64,000 nt of DNA, taken from a virus. The DNA is taken from positions 4,323 through 68,322 of the IMG/VR virus record IMGVR_UViG_3300034283_000433, one strand, 5' to 3'. Both the position numbers and the translations under genes were made by a program. The notes beneath the pieces were generated by a model. It searched no databases. It saw only the letters and a list, made by a program, of their open reading frames with translations, and had not been told where the DNA came from. This document shows positions 30,477-40,410 of the stretch, piece by piece. Each line of letters begins with the position of its first letter. Position 1 is the first letter of the stretch.

Positions 30477-30512
30477 GATTTAACCAATGAAACCATATAA
30501 CACAAAGCGCAT
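30451..30512 (-). ncRNA. Candidate 3'-UTR-derived antisense sRNA
   Basis: U-rich 3' UTR segment complementary to start regions at 53020, 54258, 54561, 46780 and 57389. Confidence 0.45.
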
Positions 30513-31433
30513 TTAGGCTTTCACCATACTCTTTAATTCAATATAGAAGTCTCTGCCCTTTTCTGTTAAACAGAACTCTGAAACAAACTCAGCTGGCTTT
30601 TTGCCGTCTGGGATTTGTACAATAAAGGTCTTGGTTTCACTCCATACTGCTTGACCCTTCACGTGGGTAAAGTTAATTAAGTTCTTTTCAACTGCTCTAT
30701 CTACGATAAACTTAGATAATACAGTTGGGTTATTATAAGTCTTAATAAACGTATCTGACATCTTATTAGCAATATTGTAGTATAATGGTCGTAATGCCAT
30801 TTCTGATACAAAGTTACCTTCCTTGTCTTTTACGTTGATTCCTAAGAATTTAGCGTGAGGTAACATAATGTCGTAAGGAGCTGTCTTAGCTAACTCTGTA
30901 GCGTTCATTTCACTCTCAAACTTCTTATAGTTAGCTTGCTCAATAGCCTCTTCGTCAACCAATTTAAAGATACCTCTTGATTCAGGTAATCTGTGAGGAT
31001 TAGCCTTATTCATATTAGTAACGTTTAAAAAGTGTACTAAAGCTGTCTTTTGAGCTGGCACTCTTAGTCTACCCCAAACAAATCTAATCTCAGGTCTTTG
31101 TCTTTTCTTAGCGTCTGATAGCTTTTCTTGTTCATCTACCCAAATAGTGTTTACACCCTCTAGGTATCTGATTTCTCTTTCTGTACCTGTTACGTGGTCA
31201 AAAATTACATCTGAGTTTCTAATAATGTAGTTTTCTGGGAATGGAGGTCTAGTACTGTTAACTGTGTTTACTTGAAACTTCTCAGTAAGTTCGTACTCGT
31301 ACCACTGCTTTTCCTTCTTTTTCTTAACTGGTTCTGGGATAAATGTTGCAGCTTCTTGTGATTGTTCCGTGGCGATTTCCACTTCTACAATATTACCATC
31401 TGCATCAATGGTTTGTTTTTTTGCTTTTGCCAT
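30513..31433 (-). CDS. Conserved protein downstream of capsid gene, function unknown
   Basis: 306 aa, own promoter element at 31457-31464. Confidence 0.7.
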   Translation of the reverse strand: MAKAKKQTIDADGNIVEVEIATEQSQEAATFIPEPVKKKKEKQWYEYELTEKFQVNTVNSTRPPFPENYIIRNSDVIFDHVTGTEREIRYLEGVNTIWVDEQEKLSDAKKRQRPEIRFVWGRLRVPAQKTALVHFLNVTNMNKANPHRLPESRGIFKLVDEEAIEQANYKKFESEMNATELAKTAPYDIMLPHAKFLGINVKDKEGNFVSEMALRPLYYNIANKMSDTFIKTYNNPTVLSKFIVDRAVEKNLINFTHVKGQAVWSETKTFIVQIPDGKKPAEFVSEFCLTEKGRDFYIELKSMVKA

Positions 31434-31465
31434 ATTGGTTTAATTTATATGTGTCACAAATATAC

Positions 31466-31497
31466 ATAAAAAAGAAAACCCCACCATAAGGTGGGGC
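31466..31497 (-). terminator. Intrinsic terminator after capsid gene
   Basis: GCCCCACC-TTAT-GGTGGGGT then TTTCTTTTTT on - strand. Confidence 0.8.
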
Positions 31498-31518
31498 TCT
31501 CTATATAATCTGTAAAGA

Positions 31519-32856
31519 TTAGTAAGTAACGCTGATGTATTGATTTGCAGCGAACACTTGGATACCGCAGTATGCCATATGATGCACATTCAATTCCATC
31601 TTGTCTGAAGTTGGAGTCTTAGCTAATGCACCAGTCTCCCAAACTTTCACTTCTTTACCTGGCTCAACTTCGTTGTAAACCATACGTAATGAAGGTAATT
31701 TGTCTCCAGTTTGAGCATCTCTTCCCTCTTTCATTGGGATTAAGATACCGCTATTCTTGTACAAGCTTGTAGAAGGAGCAACTCCGTATACAGCTTCAGC
31801 ATTGAATGGTAAGTACTTCTTCAAGTGGAAAGTTGTACCATCAATCTTTAATGAATCAAAACCGTACTTAACAGCTACGTCTTGAGAACCACCTGCGTTA
31901 GCCCAAACAATAGCACCGTTTTGGTACTTAGTGAATAAAGCGTCATCAACAGCTGTTCTTAAGTAGCTATCCATTAAGAAGTGATACTCTTGAGCACCAC
32001 CGTTAAAGTCAGCTAAACGAGCTAAAGCGTGGAAATCTTCAATTGTGAAAGCTGAGTCACCACCCCATTGGTAGTTTTGACCACCAGCTTTGATTTGAGG
32101 AATCAAACCAGTTGTACCTACAGTTCCAGTGATGTTTGTAGCAGCACTACCGAACATTAACTTGAACTCTTTGTTGTTCATAAAACGACGTACAGCTTCA
32201 TCTAAACCTTTGTAAGTGTAGTAAGCTTGTCCGTTTACTTCAAAGTATAATTCTTCAATCTTAGCACGGTCAGTGATAGAGAAATCTTCACGAATTTCAG
32301 TTGTGTAGAAAGTCTTTCTTTCAGTCAAACCAGTTAAAGAATTGAATTTAGTAGAAGCTTCACCAGCTTCAGTAATACCTCTGAATAATAAGAATGCAGT
32401 TGAAGTAGCACCTAAATCATCGTTAGCATCAATTGTAGCGATTAAAGGCTTAATAGTACAAGTTGCAGCAGTTGGTACAGTCATAATCTTGTACTGAACA
32501 CCAGTTGCAGCGTTCTCTACAACTTCACCTACACGTAATGGAGATTTACCACCATCAATGTAGCCTGCAGCGATTTCTACTGCAATTGCGTCACCAGCAG
32601 CTACAGTAGCTAAAGCACCACCGTTTAATTGTACAGCTGAATGTAATTTTCCTTTAGATTCAAAGTGGAAGAATTCACGAGAAGGAACTGTAGCCTTCAT
32701 ACCTAAAGCTTCCAATAATTGTGTATAGTTTTGAGAACCATACTTCTCAATAAACTTATCGTAGTATTGAGGTTTTAAGATAGATAAGTCAGAAACGAAC
32801 TGGCGACCTACTTGGCCTGCAGTTGGTTGAACATTACCTGGTTGTAATACTGGCAT
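31519..32856 (-). CDS. Major capsid protein
   Basis: 445 aa after scaffold; strongly biased codons; followed by terminator. Confidence 0.85.
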   Translation of the reverse strand: MPVLQPGNVQPTAGQVGRQFVSDLSILKPQYYDKFIEKYGSQNYTQLLEALGMKATVPSREFFHFESKGKLHSAVQLNGGALATVAAGDAIAVEIAAGYIDGGKSPLRVGEVVENAATGVQYKIMTVPTAATCTIKPLIATIDANDDLGATSTAFLLFRGITEAGEASTKFNSLTGLTERKTFYTTEIREDFSITDRAKIEELYFEVNGQAYYTYKGLDEAVRRFMNNKEFKLMFGSAATNITGTVGTTGLIPQIKAGGQNYQWGGDSAFTIEDFHALARLADFNGGAQEYHFLMDSYLRTAVDDALFTKYQNGAIVWANAGGSQDVAVKYGFDSLKIDGTTFHLKKYLPFNAEAVYGVAPSTSLYKNSGILIPMKEGRDAQTGDKLPSLRMVYNEVEPGKEVKVWETGALAKTPTSDKMELNVHHMAYCGIQVFAANQYISVTY

Positions 32857-32885
32857 TGTAATTAATTTTTATTTTTAATAATTGT

Positions 32886-34016
32886 TTATATACTGAACAT
32901 TTTGCCAACCATCTTATCATAGTCACTCATATCGCTCACAGCTGCTGTCCTTGGAGTATTGCTGTAATCAATATTTTTCATACCCTTCAACAAGTCTGCC
33001 TTTGCTTTGCTTACCGCTTGGGTAACCATAGAATTGACAATCTTGTCTCTGTTTTGTAAGAAGTAGACGTCTTCTGCTAATTGCTTGGTATCGTACTTAC
33101 CATCCTTGTAGTAACGAGGCCCGTAAAAAGACTCTAAATCAAAATCCTTCAAGTCGTTTTGAAGTTGTGCTTTCTCCTCTGGTGACAGAGCATACTTGCC
33201 GTCAAATTGGACTTCCTCGTCCTTGTAATTAACGTTAAATCCTTCAAAAGCGTTCAAACCAGACTCAATACTTTGCTCATACATTTGTCTAGCCTGCTCG
33301 TAGGCTTTTGCTTGTTCTTCTTCCTGAGTTTTCAAATACTGACTCACGACTTCCTCTGTGTTTACAGAAGGTTGTGATTGTTCTTGAAATTGACTCAAGA
33401 TATCTGGAAAGCTAATGTCCTGTTTTAATGTCTGCAAGTAGTCTTTCGCTTCACGTACATCCTTCTTCAACTCTCTTGCTAGTGCTTTTTCTTGCTTCTC
33501 AATTTGCTTGCGTTTAGCAGCAATTTCTTCTTCTGACATTAAAGACTCGTCAAAGTCTTTATCTACAGCGTATTTAGAAGCAAACTCTTCCTCAATTTCC
33601 TCTGGACTTAAATCTGGATAATCGTAAGCTATCTTAAGCTTTAAAATATCAGACTCGTCCATCTTGTCTAATTCTGAAAGAACTTTTTGTTCATATAAGA
33701 TATCCGCTACTTCACTAATGTTTCCAGTAGTCAAACTATCGTATATGTTTTTTGCTACTTCGTTTTCCCACTCAAATTGAATTTTAGTAGGTTCACTAGG
33801 TTCGCTTTGCGCAGGCTCTACTTTTGCTGGTTCAGTTTGAGTAGGTTCTACTGTTGTTTGAGTTGGTTCAGTCTGAGTTGCCGTTGGTTCTACTTGCGTA
33901 GGTTCTGCAGGTGTTGGTTCAGTCTGAGTTGGCTCTGTTTGTGTTGGTTCTACTGATGTGTTTGGGTCACTTGAGTAACTTGACACATCAAATGGATTGA
34001 TGTCTTGCTCTGCCAT
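32886..34016 (-). CDS. Scaffolding protein
   Basis: Very acidic coiled coil between portal and capsid; EPTQT repeats. Confidence 0.75.
   Translation of the reverse strand: MAEQDINPFDVSSYSSDPNTSVEPTQTEPTQTEPTPAEPTQVEPTATQTEPTQTTVEPTQTEPAKVEPAQSEPSEPTKIQFEWENEVAKNIYDSLTTGNISEVADILYEQKVLSELDKMDESDILKLKIAYDYPDLSPEEIEEEFASKYAVDKDFDESLMSEEEIAAKRKQIEKQEKALARELKKDVREAKDYLQTLKQDISFPDILSQFQEQSQPSVNTEEVVSQYLKTQEEEQAKAYEQARQMYEQSIESGLNAFEGFNVNYKDEEVQFDGKYALSPEEKAQLQNDLKDFDLESFYGPRYYKDGKYDTKQLAEDVYFLQNRDKIVNSMVTQAVSKAKADLLKGMKNIDYSNTPRTAAVSDMSDYDKMVGKMFSI
33790..33955 (-). repeat. EPTQT pentapeptide repeats in scaffold
   Basis: About 10 EPT(Q/P/A)T-like units (approximate bounds). Confidence 0.8.
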
Positions 34017-34047
34017 ATTGGTTTATTTTGTTATGCAAATATATAAA

Positions 34048-36357
34048 TTATTCTGCTTCAGTTTCTTGCGCCTCTTGTTCTTGCGCTGCTTGTTGCTGTT
34101 GCATCATCATTTCTTCCATTTCTTTTTGCTGCTTCTTAGCAAAGAATGCATCAACTACTGCTTTCATTTCTGGACTAAGTGGTCTACCTAGTTCATAAGA
34201 TTTAAGTAAAGCTAATTGTACAAACTCTTGCTCAGATAACTCTTGCTTCATCTTCATCTCTGTACTAACAACAGCTAGTTTACCTTGAGCTTCTATTTGT
34301 TGTAATTGAGCATCTGCCTGAGCTTTAGCTTGAATAGACTGCTGTTGAGCTTGCGCATTCATTTCTGAATTACGTTGCGCCTTCTCCATCTCAGCTTTTT
34401 CTTTATTCTTCTTAGCCTTTGTAAGATACATTTCTGCAAGCTTAGTGTTCTTAATACTACGGATTCTAAATGCATCTTCAAATTCCATCATACCTGCAGA
34501 TAATGCTGTTTGAATCATACCTTCTAAGAATTGTCTTTCTTTCTCGTCTGGCATTACTTCAATCTTTACATCAAAGTGTCTTCCTTTTACCTTATCTGGA
34601 GTTAAATAGTCTTCGTATTGTTTACCACCATAAGAAACAGAATCATATAACAATAATGAAATCTTGAATGCAGTTTGTTGGTATAAGCTTAAATAAGCAT
34701 CGTATATGAAATCTGTAGCATTGTTAGATGCTTGAATTTGCGCTTGTTGTACACCTAAACCTAATTTAGGGTTTACGCCAGAACCTTCTCTATATTCATT
34801 AACTCCGATTTCATCACGTAAGCGCTCAAGATAGTGGTTGTAAACCATAATCAATTGTTGGATTTGACTTACGCTACCAGTATTAGGAGCTTCTTGAATA
34901 GGCACTCCGTTTTGGCTATCTCCATCTTCAGTTCTACGCTTGTAGTAGATGTTACCTGTTTGGTCGTAAACAGCTTGTAACTCCAACGGACTCAATGCTT
35001 TAGCTTGTCCAATATTAATATCAGACAATGAGTCAATATCTATAATTAAACCTGAAGGTCTAAGTTTTGCGATTAACTGCTGAATCTTCAAGTGAGCTAA
35101 AGTCATCTGGCGAATAGAAGTCTCCATTCTCTCAGGAATAGCCATATTCTCTAAATCCAAGTTCTCGTGCATATACACGCTATAGCTAAAGTATGCGTCA
35201 GCAATTTCTTTTGTACTAGAAGGCTTAATCATATTCTTAGCAACACCCCACTCTAGCATAGTGTCTGTATTCAATACATATACACCACGATAGATAACGT
35301 ACATATCCTTGGTAATCAATTCTTTATTATCACCTAGTCTTTGAGGAGCTTTGTCCTTTTTATCAACAGCTGTAAGATTGCCATACTTGTTAGTCTTGGC
35401 TTGATACATCATACTGTCTATAGTCTTGATTTCGTAGTCTAATACGTCTACAGTCCAATCGTCATATGGTCTATCAATAGAATATCTAAATCTATCGTCC
35501 CACTTAACAGACTGGCTATATTGTTTAGCCTGTTTAGCTAACTGCCAAATCTTTTCTTCTGGCATATTAGGATATTGGTTTCTAATGTCTACTAATTTCA
35601 TAGACAATACCTCACCTATAAAAGAAACGTCACGAAAATCATCGTAGTTAGAAAAACCATAAAAGCTATTCTCTGGAACAACACGTCTAACGTTTATTTT
35701 ACCATTAGCTCCTGTACTTACTTTTGTAGCTCCTAAGCCTGTTTCTGATACATCTTCTAAAATCTTACGCTTGATTACAGGCCATCCATTTTCATAGAAT
35801 ACGTAATCACAGCCTTTTTCAAATAATATTTCCTCTGGCAATTGATATTCAAGGCCAAAGTATAATTCTAATTCATCATAGTCTTGAGGAGTAAACTGAC
35901 CATCAGCAATTAACTTTACGCCAGTTTGAGCTTCCATACCCTTAATCTCTTCACCAAAGTTCATTCTAAACTCAGCGTCGTCTCTATCGTATTTCTTTCT
36001 CTCAACAGATACTGGGTCAATCGCTGTAGCACGAACTTTCTCGTCACGCTTCATAAATCCACCGATAATAACCTGCATAAACTTAGGAGCAATTGCAGGC
36101 GCTTTCATATCTAGGTTTACAAACGCTTCTTTACCATCTACGTTCAATAAGTCTAAGAACTCCTGCATAGGCTGTTTACCTCTAGAGAACTTCCTGTTCT
36201 TTTCAAACTTTTTATTACGTCTGGTGAAATAACCACTATTGTAGGCTTTTTGTAAGAATTTAGATATCTTTAAGCCTTCGTCAGTATCTCTCTTTAATTT
36301 AGAGTTACCTAGGTGGAAATTTAATATTTCCTTTGTTGTTTCTTTATTATCGCTCAT
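34048..36357 (-). CDS. Portal protein
   Basis: 769 aa; IAPKF..VI.G, YDQTG.IYY, G.NE.REGS motifs, Q-rich C-terminal barrel; follows terminase. Confidence 0.85.
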   Translation of the reverse strand: MSDNKETTKEILNFHLGNSKLKRDTDEGLKISKFLQKAYNSGYFTRRNKKFEKNRKFSRGKQPMQEFLDLLNVDGKEAFVNLDMKAPAIAPKFMQVIIGGFMKRDEKVRATAIDPVSVERKKYDRDDAEFRMNFGEEIKGMEAQTGVKLIADGQFTPQDYDELELYFGLEYQLPEEILFEKGCDYVFYENGWPVIKRKILEDVSETGLGATKVSTGANGKINVRRVVPENSFYGFSNYDDFRDVSFIGEVLSMKLVDIRNQYPNMPEEKIWQLAKQAKQYSQSVKWDDRFRYSIDRPYDDWTVDVLDYEIKTIDSMMYQAKTNKYGNLTAVDKKDKAPQRLGDNKELITKDMYVIYRGVYVLNTDTMLEWGVAKNMIKPSSTKEIADAYFSYSVYMHENLDLENMAIPERMETSIRQMTLAHLKIQQLIAKLRPSGLIIDIDSLSDINIGQAKALSPLELQAVYDQTGNIYYKRRTEDGDSQNGVPIQEAPNTGSVSQIQQLIMVYNHYLERLRDEIGVNEYREGSGVNPKLGLGVQQAQIQASNNATDFIYDAYLSLYQQTAFKISLLLYDSVSYGGKQYEDYLTPDKVKGRHFDVKIEVMPDEKERQFLEGMIQTALSAGMMEFEDAFRIRSIKNTKLAEMYLTKAKKNKEKAEMEKAQRNSEMNAQAQQQSIQAKAQADAQLQQIEAQGKLAVVSTEMKMKQELSEQEFVQLALLKSYELGRPLSPEMKAVVDAFFAKKQQKEMEEMMMQQQQAAQEQEAQETEAE

Positions 36358-36383
36358 AAGTATAGCAAAAGTACAAAATTACA

Positions 36384-38402
36384 TTACACAGTAATCTTGT
36401 ATGTTTTTAATGGTAAAGAAGAGAGTTTTACTTCCTCTTTGTGACTTTCCAAAGATACACCAGAAAGTAGACTAATCATAAAGGCGATACTTCGGTCAAA
36501 TGGAGTTCGGTTCTCGTGGTCGTACGCCAGCAACTCTTCCAGCAAGTCAACGAAATATATTTTATGACTATGGTTCTCTACGTAAGATATTGCTGTGTCT
36601 AATTGCCTAGCCATAGCAAATGCATCCGCAGAAGCTACCCCGTACTTTCCAGGGCCACCTTGTCTTCTCTTGAATCTGTCTACAGCTGCCTGTGGTGTCT
36701 TCAAAAGAAATGCCCTAAATCCTTTATTCTGGAAATAGTCTACGAAGTCATCACCTACGTCATTCTCGTAACAAGCCTTGTATCCATAGAATACAGCCGC
36801 TTTTAACATCTCGTCGTGAAACATACTTTTCAGTCTAGGTCTTCCCACATACTCGGCAATAGGCATCCCTGTATTCTCAGGGTCTTTCATATCTAGCTTC
36901 TCAAATATGTAGCAAGCTCCCATAGAACCCTTTCCACTAATAACAGAAGATTTGAATGGGTCAATACCACTTGAGTAGATATGGTTATTAGCAGGAGTTT
37001 TAACGCCACCTACTTCTGTCCACTTGTTTTGCATTTCCTTTGGCGGAAACTTATGTATTAGCCAGTTGCCTTCTTTATCGTCAGACCAGTCTACGGTCTT
37101 GTCATCTTTCCAATAAAAACGTACTCTACGCATAGCAAGTCTTTCTTCTTTTAAGAAGTCTAACTGGTTGTATATTTTCTCTGCGTTGAAGTAACACTTC
37201 TTAGCATCAATCATAAAGGCTTCGTTTTCGTCAAATGGATTCATACGAATCTCTTCCGACAACTGCTCTTTATCTGTAATTAACTTACGCTGATTGATAA
37301 GGTAGTCTCTACTACCCATTTCTATTTTGATGCCAAATCTTTCGTAGATATATTTCTTTTGTCTTTCTGTAGGTGCTTCTATAATAGACTTGCCATACTC
37401 GTCTATAAAACCTTCGTATCCATCGTATGCAGGACAGAAGTATCTGTATAGTCCAGATGCAGTCATTGCATTTTCAAATTGATTAGACGCATCGTATAGT
37501 TTCTTGTAAGGTTCACCACCAGACTTTGCATCATTCGCTGTAGATGGTATCAAACAGAATCCTACCTTTATTGCACCACGACCCATCGTCTTTTTTACGA
37601 TAGGCCAGTATTGGTTTACGGAAACTTCTTTAGGCCACTTACCAGCCTCATCCATTAGTAAAGCCGTAACACGGCCTGAATCGTACGAGTTAAGGGCAGT
37701 ATTCTTAAAATTGATTTTTGACTCCAAGCCAATGTCATCATCAAATACCTTTCCCTTCTCGCGGCCCTTCGCCTTACGTTTATCTTTCTTCTTCTTGAAT
37801 ACCAATTCTGTCTTAGTCTCTTCATCTTCTGCTCTCGGTTTTAAAAATATAGGTAAGTTACGATATCCGTTCATTACCATATATACAAACGCATCACTGG
37901 CATCCTTACCTGTCTTAGATATGATACCACAGAATGATTTACGTTTAGTGATTGATTTCCATACCAAGTATGCTGTAGCTTGTGAGGTAGCACCTTCACG
38001 ACGCTTCTTAATCCTTACTATACCAAAACAGTAGGGTAATGATTCAGCGTGGTCTTGGAAATAAAAATATTTTCTGTCTACATCTCTGTAGTCTGGATTA
38101 GAGCCATCCTCTAGTGTCCAGTAGTTTAAATAGAAATAGTGTAACCCTGTAAGATATGTAGCTTCACCGTCATTCATAAACCAGTACCCATTGTTTATGC
38201 GGCCCCACTCCTGAATAACGAAGTCTCTTTGTTCATCCGTGTATATAGGATTACCATCTTCATCAAACTCTAGTTCTTCAAAGAAGTCAGGTATATCTGC
38301 GCGGTAAAACTTTTGGTCTTCCTGCTCTAACTCCTGATTATCTATAACAGATGGTTTCTCAGGTAATTTGTACTTAATTCCGTACACTTCTACACTACTC
38401 AT
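36384..38402 (-). CDS. terL: Terminase large subunit
   Basis: KKRREGAT P-loop, LLMDEAGKW Walker B, GIDP and FDRSIA nuclease motifs; start set at MSSVEV. Confidence 0.9.
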   Translation of the reverse strand: MSSVEVYGIKYKLPEKPSVIDNQELEQEDQKFYRADIPDFFEELEFDEDGNPIYTDEQRDFVIQEWGRINNGYWFMNDGEATYLTGLHYFYLNYWTLEDGSNPDYRDVDRKYFYFQDHAESLPYCFGIVRIKKRREGATSQATAYLVWKSITKRKSFCGIISKTGKDASDAFVYMVMNGYRNLPIFLKPRAEDEETKTELVFKKKKDKRKAKGREKGKVFDDDIGLESKINFKNTALNSYDSGRVTALLMDEAGKWPKEVSVNQYWPIVKKTMGRGAIKVGFCLIPSTANDAKSGGEPYKKLYDASNQFENAMTASGLYRYFCPAYDGYEGFIDEYGKSIIEAPTERQKKYIYERFGIKIEMGSRDYLINQRKLITDKEQLSEEIRMNPFDENEAFMIDAKKCYFNAEKIYNQLDFLKEERLAMRRVRFYWKDDKTVDWSDDKEGNWLIHKFPPKEMQNKWTEVGGVKTPANNHIYSSGIDPFKSSVISGKGSMGACYIFEKLDMKDPENTGMPIAEYVGRPRLKSMFHDEMLKAAVFYGYKACYENDVGDDFVDYFQNKGFRAFLLKTPQAAVDRFKRRQGGPGKYGVASADAFAMARQLDTAISYVENHSHKIYFVDLLEELLAYDHENRTPFDRSIAFMISLLSGVSLESHKEEVKLSSLPLKTYKITV

Positions 38403-39012
38403 CTTCAAAATGTTTTTTAGTGAATTTATCAATCTTGGTAAACATAGTTATACCTGTGCCTGTTAAGGCAAACAGCTTTCTAGTTCCTTGCGTTGATGGT
38501 ACGTTTACAACGTATCCTTTTTTAACCATACGATTGTTCATAGCGTAGAATGTTAAAGTCATTCCTTCCCAGTCTCTTTTAAAGTCGTTAGTTCCGTAAA
38601 AGTTATACGTACCTGCCCACAATAAAAAAGCACACTCATTCAAAGATAAACCTATAATATCTGTTACAACATTAATCTTGTTTAGGAATGTATACATATC
38701 TATGATACGACCATCCCTCTCTTTTATCTGTACTATAGCTTCTTGGTATCCTGCTTTTTTAGCCTGAACCACCTTTGAACGTATGTGTCTTTGTAGGTTA
38801 TTAATATGCTTCTCCTTTCCATATACGCGCTGCTTCTCCTTGAACAGCTTATAACTTAGTTTGCCGTAACGCTCGTTTTTATGCTTAATAACCTTAGCTT
38901 TCTTTTCTTTAGAATTTTTATGCAGCCTATTGAGTCTTTTAATTTCTTCTTGAGACTCTCTGTAGGCTTCGTATAATTCTGAATGAGGACTGTTCTTGGT
39001 TATATACTTCAT
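38395..39012 (-). CDS. Basic coiled-coil protein with probable C-terminal winged HTH
   Basis: ...MVKKGYV......RKLFALTGTG wHTH-like end. Confidence 0.6.
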   Translation of the reverse strand: MKYITKNSPHSELYEAYRESQEEIKRLNRLHKNSKEKKAKVIKHKNERYGKLSYKLFKEKQRVYGKEKHINNLQRHIRSKVVQAKKAGYQEAIVQIKERDGRIIDMYTFLNKINVVTDIIGLSLNECAFLLWAGTYNFYGTNDFKRDWEGMTLTFYAMNNRMVKKGYVVNVPSTQGTRKLFALTGTGITMFTKIDKFTKKHFEDE

Positions 39013-39302
39013 CGTACCAATTGTTCAATTAAAGGTTTTTGACGCGTCTTGTCTTTTTCTTCGTCACCAGTTAACGCATTGTCAATCTTTAGCTTTTTCA
39101 TAACGTCGTTGATTTCTCCAACACTAGCAAACAGCTTAAGTACACGCTCCCAGGAGCTATCTTGTCTATCTGACAAGTCTAGCCTAGATAAGTTGCTGTT
39201 GTTTAACAGAATGGTGATTTCGTTTAGTTTACGATTGAGTGCGTAGTATGCACCAACAATGCCGTCTTCTTCGTACAGCTTTAGTTTTTCTTTATCAGTC
39301 AT
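39009..39302 (-). CDS. Hypothetical protein, possible terminase small subunit
   Basis: 97 aa helical, upstream of terL. Confidence 0.45.
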   Translation of the reverse strand: MTDKEKLKLYEEDGIVGAYYALNRKLNEITILLNNSNLSRLDLSDRQDSSWERVLKLFASVGEINDVMKKLKIDNALTGDEEKDKTRQKPLIEQLVR

Positions 39303-39928
39303 TAGTATCCTCTTTTATCAAAGTCGTGGTCAATAGCTAAACAGTCAATATACTTAAGACGTATAATGCTTTCTTGTTTGCCGTTTAGATTATGGGTCAT
39401 TTCGTAGTCAGCGTACTTGTACGTAATTACGACATCCCCTTCGTTGAAATCTGTTGTAGATTCTGGCTTGGCTTTGATGCGTAGCTTGTTGTGTATCTTG
39501 ATGGGTTCTGTATTTAGTATGATACCACCTTTTGTGATATTGTCTGGTTCATATAGCCTTTCAGCTAATAGGTAGCCATCAATAGGAATTACCTTGCCAT
39601 CCTTAAATCCAAAATAAATAAATTGTTCTTCTACTGAGAAGAGTTTATAACCGTCAGGGATGTTGTCGTATACCAATTCGCATTCGTTCCCCATACTGCT
39701 GTGGTGTGCCAATACATAAGTTCCTGCTTTTAAGTTTTTGTAATCTGTAAGTAAAATGCCTTGAGTGATGTTTGTTACCCTGCTATCCCAAGAGTAGTCA
39801 GTAGCAATTTCTAGATTAACAGATTTTCCGTCTCCTAGATTTAGTTTGTGATTTTTTTTGTCCTCTGGCTTTGAAAGTACGATAACACGTTTGCCAACAG
39901 GCTTAATCTTGTTAAATAGATGTTTCAT
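39302..39928 (-). CDS. Co-chaperonin with two tandem GroES-like domains
   Basis: IKPVGKRVIV... and IPIDGYLLAE...TKGGIIL...EGDVVI. Confidence 0.7.
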   Translation of the reverse strand: MKHLFNKIKPVGKRVIVLSKPEDKKNHKLNLGDGKSVNLEIATDYSWDSRVTNITQGILLTDYKNLKAGTYVLAHHSSMGNECELVYDNIPDGYKLFSVEEQFIYFGFKDGKVIPIDGYLLAERLYEPDNITKGGIILNTEPIKIHNKLRIKAKPESTTDFNEGDVVITYKYADYEMTHNLNGKQESIIRLKYIDCLAIDHDFDKRGY

Positions 39929-39969
39929 TTGCTTTGGTTATACGCAAATATACGATAAGATTCGTATTA

Positions 39970-40275
39970 CTATCTGAAACGTTCTCCTCTTCCTGAAGTT
40001 CTACCAGAGCGGTATACTTGTGAACCAGGAGACCATAGGTGATGGTATGCCCACCATCCTGCTGTTAATCTAGATGCGTTTGCTGATTTAGCGTGACGCT
40101 TTCTATAATTTCTTCTAGCCTCTGCACTATAGTTAGAAGAGTATCCTTTAGCACCAAATCTAATAATGCGAACTCTGTCGCCTTCCTTAGCTAGTACTAC
40201 TTTTTTGTGAACGCCATCATTAGCGTTTTTAGGTTTATTATAACCTGCAAATCTTTCACCGCGATACTCTACCAT
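39970..40275 (-). CDS. Small basic conserved viral protein
   Basis: IRFG..GY....RR.YRKRH....AGWWA motif. Confidence 0.7.
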   Translation of the reverse strand: MVEYRGERFAGYNKPKNANDGVHKKVVLAKEGDRVRIIRFGAKGYSSNYSAEARRNYRKRHAKSANASRLTAGWWAYHHLWSPGSQVYRSGRTSGRGERFR

Positions 40276-40409
40276 TTGTTAGACTTTAATTTTGAATATT
40301 GTTTTGGAGGAATAGTAGATTTAGACTTAGGTCTTGAAATACCCATAGCCTTTCTAGCATTGATATTGTTTACCAAACTATTCTTTACTCCAAGTTTATT
40401 TGTTTTCAT
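40269..40409 (-). CDS. Small basic protein (46 aa)
   Basis: Hand-translated MKTNKLGVKNSLVNNINARK...; fills gap, overlaps next start. Confidence 0.6.
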   Translation of the reverse strand: MKTNKLGVKNSLVNNINARKAMGISRPKSKSTIPPKQYSKLKSNKW

Positions 40410-40410
40410 T

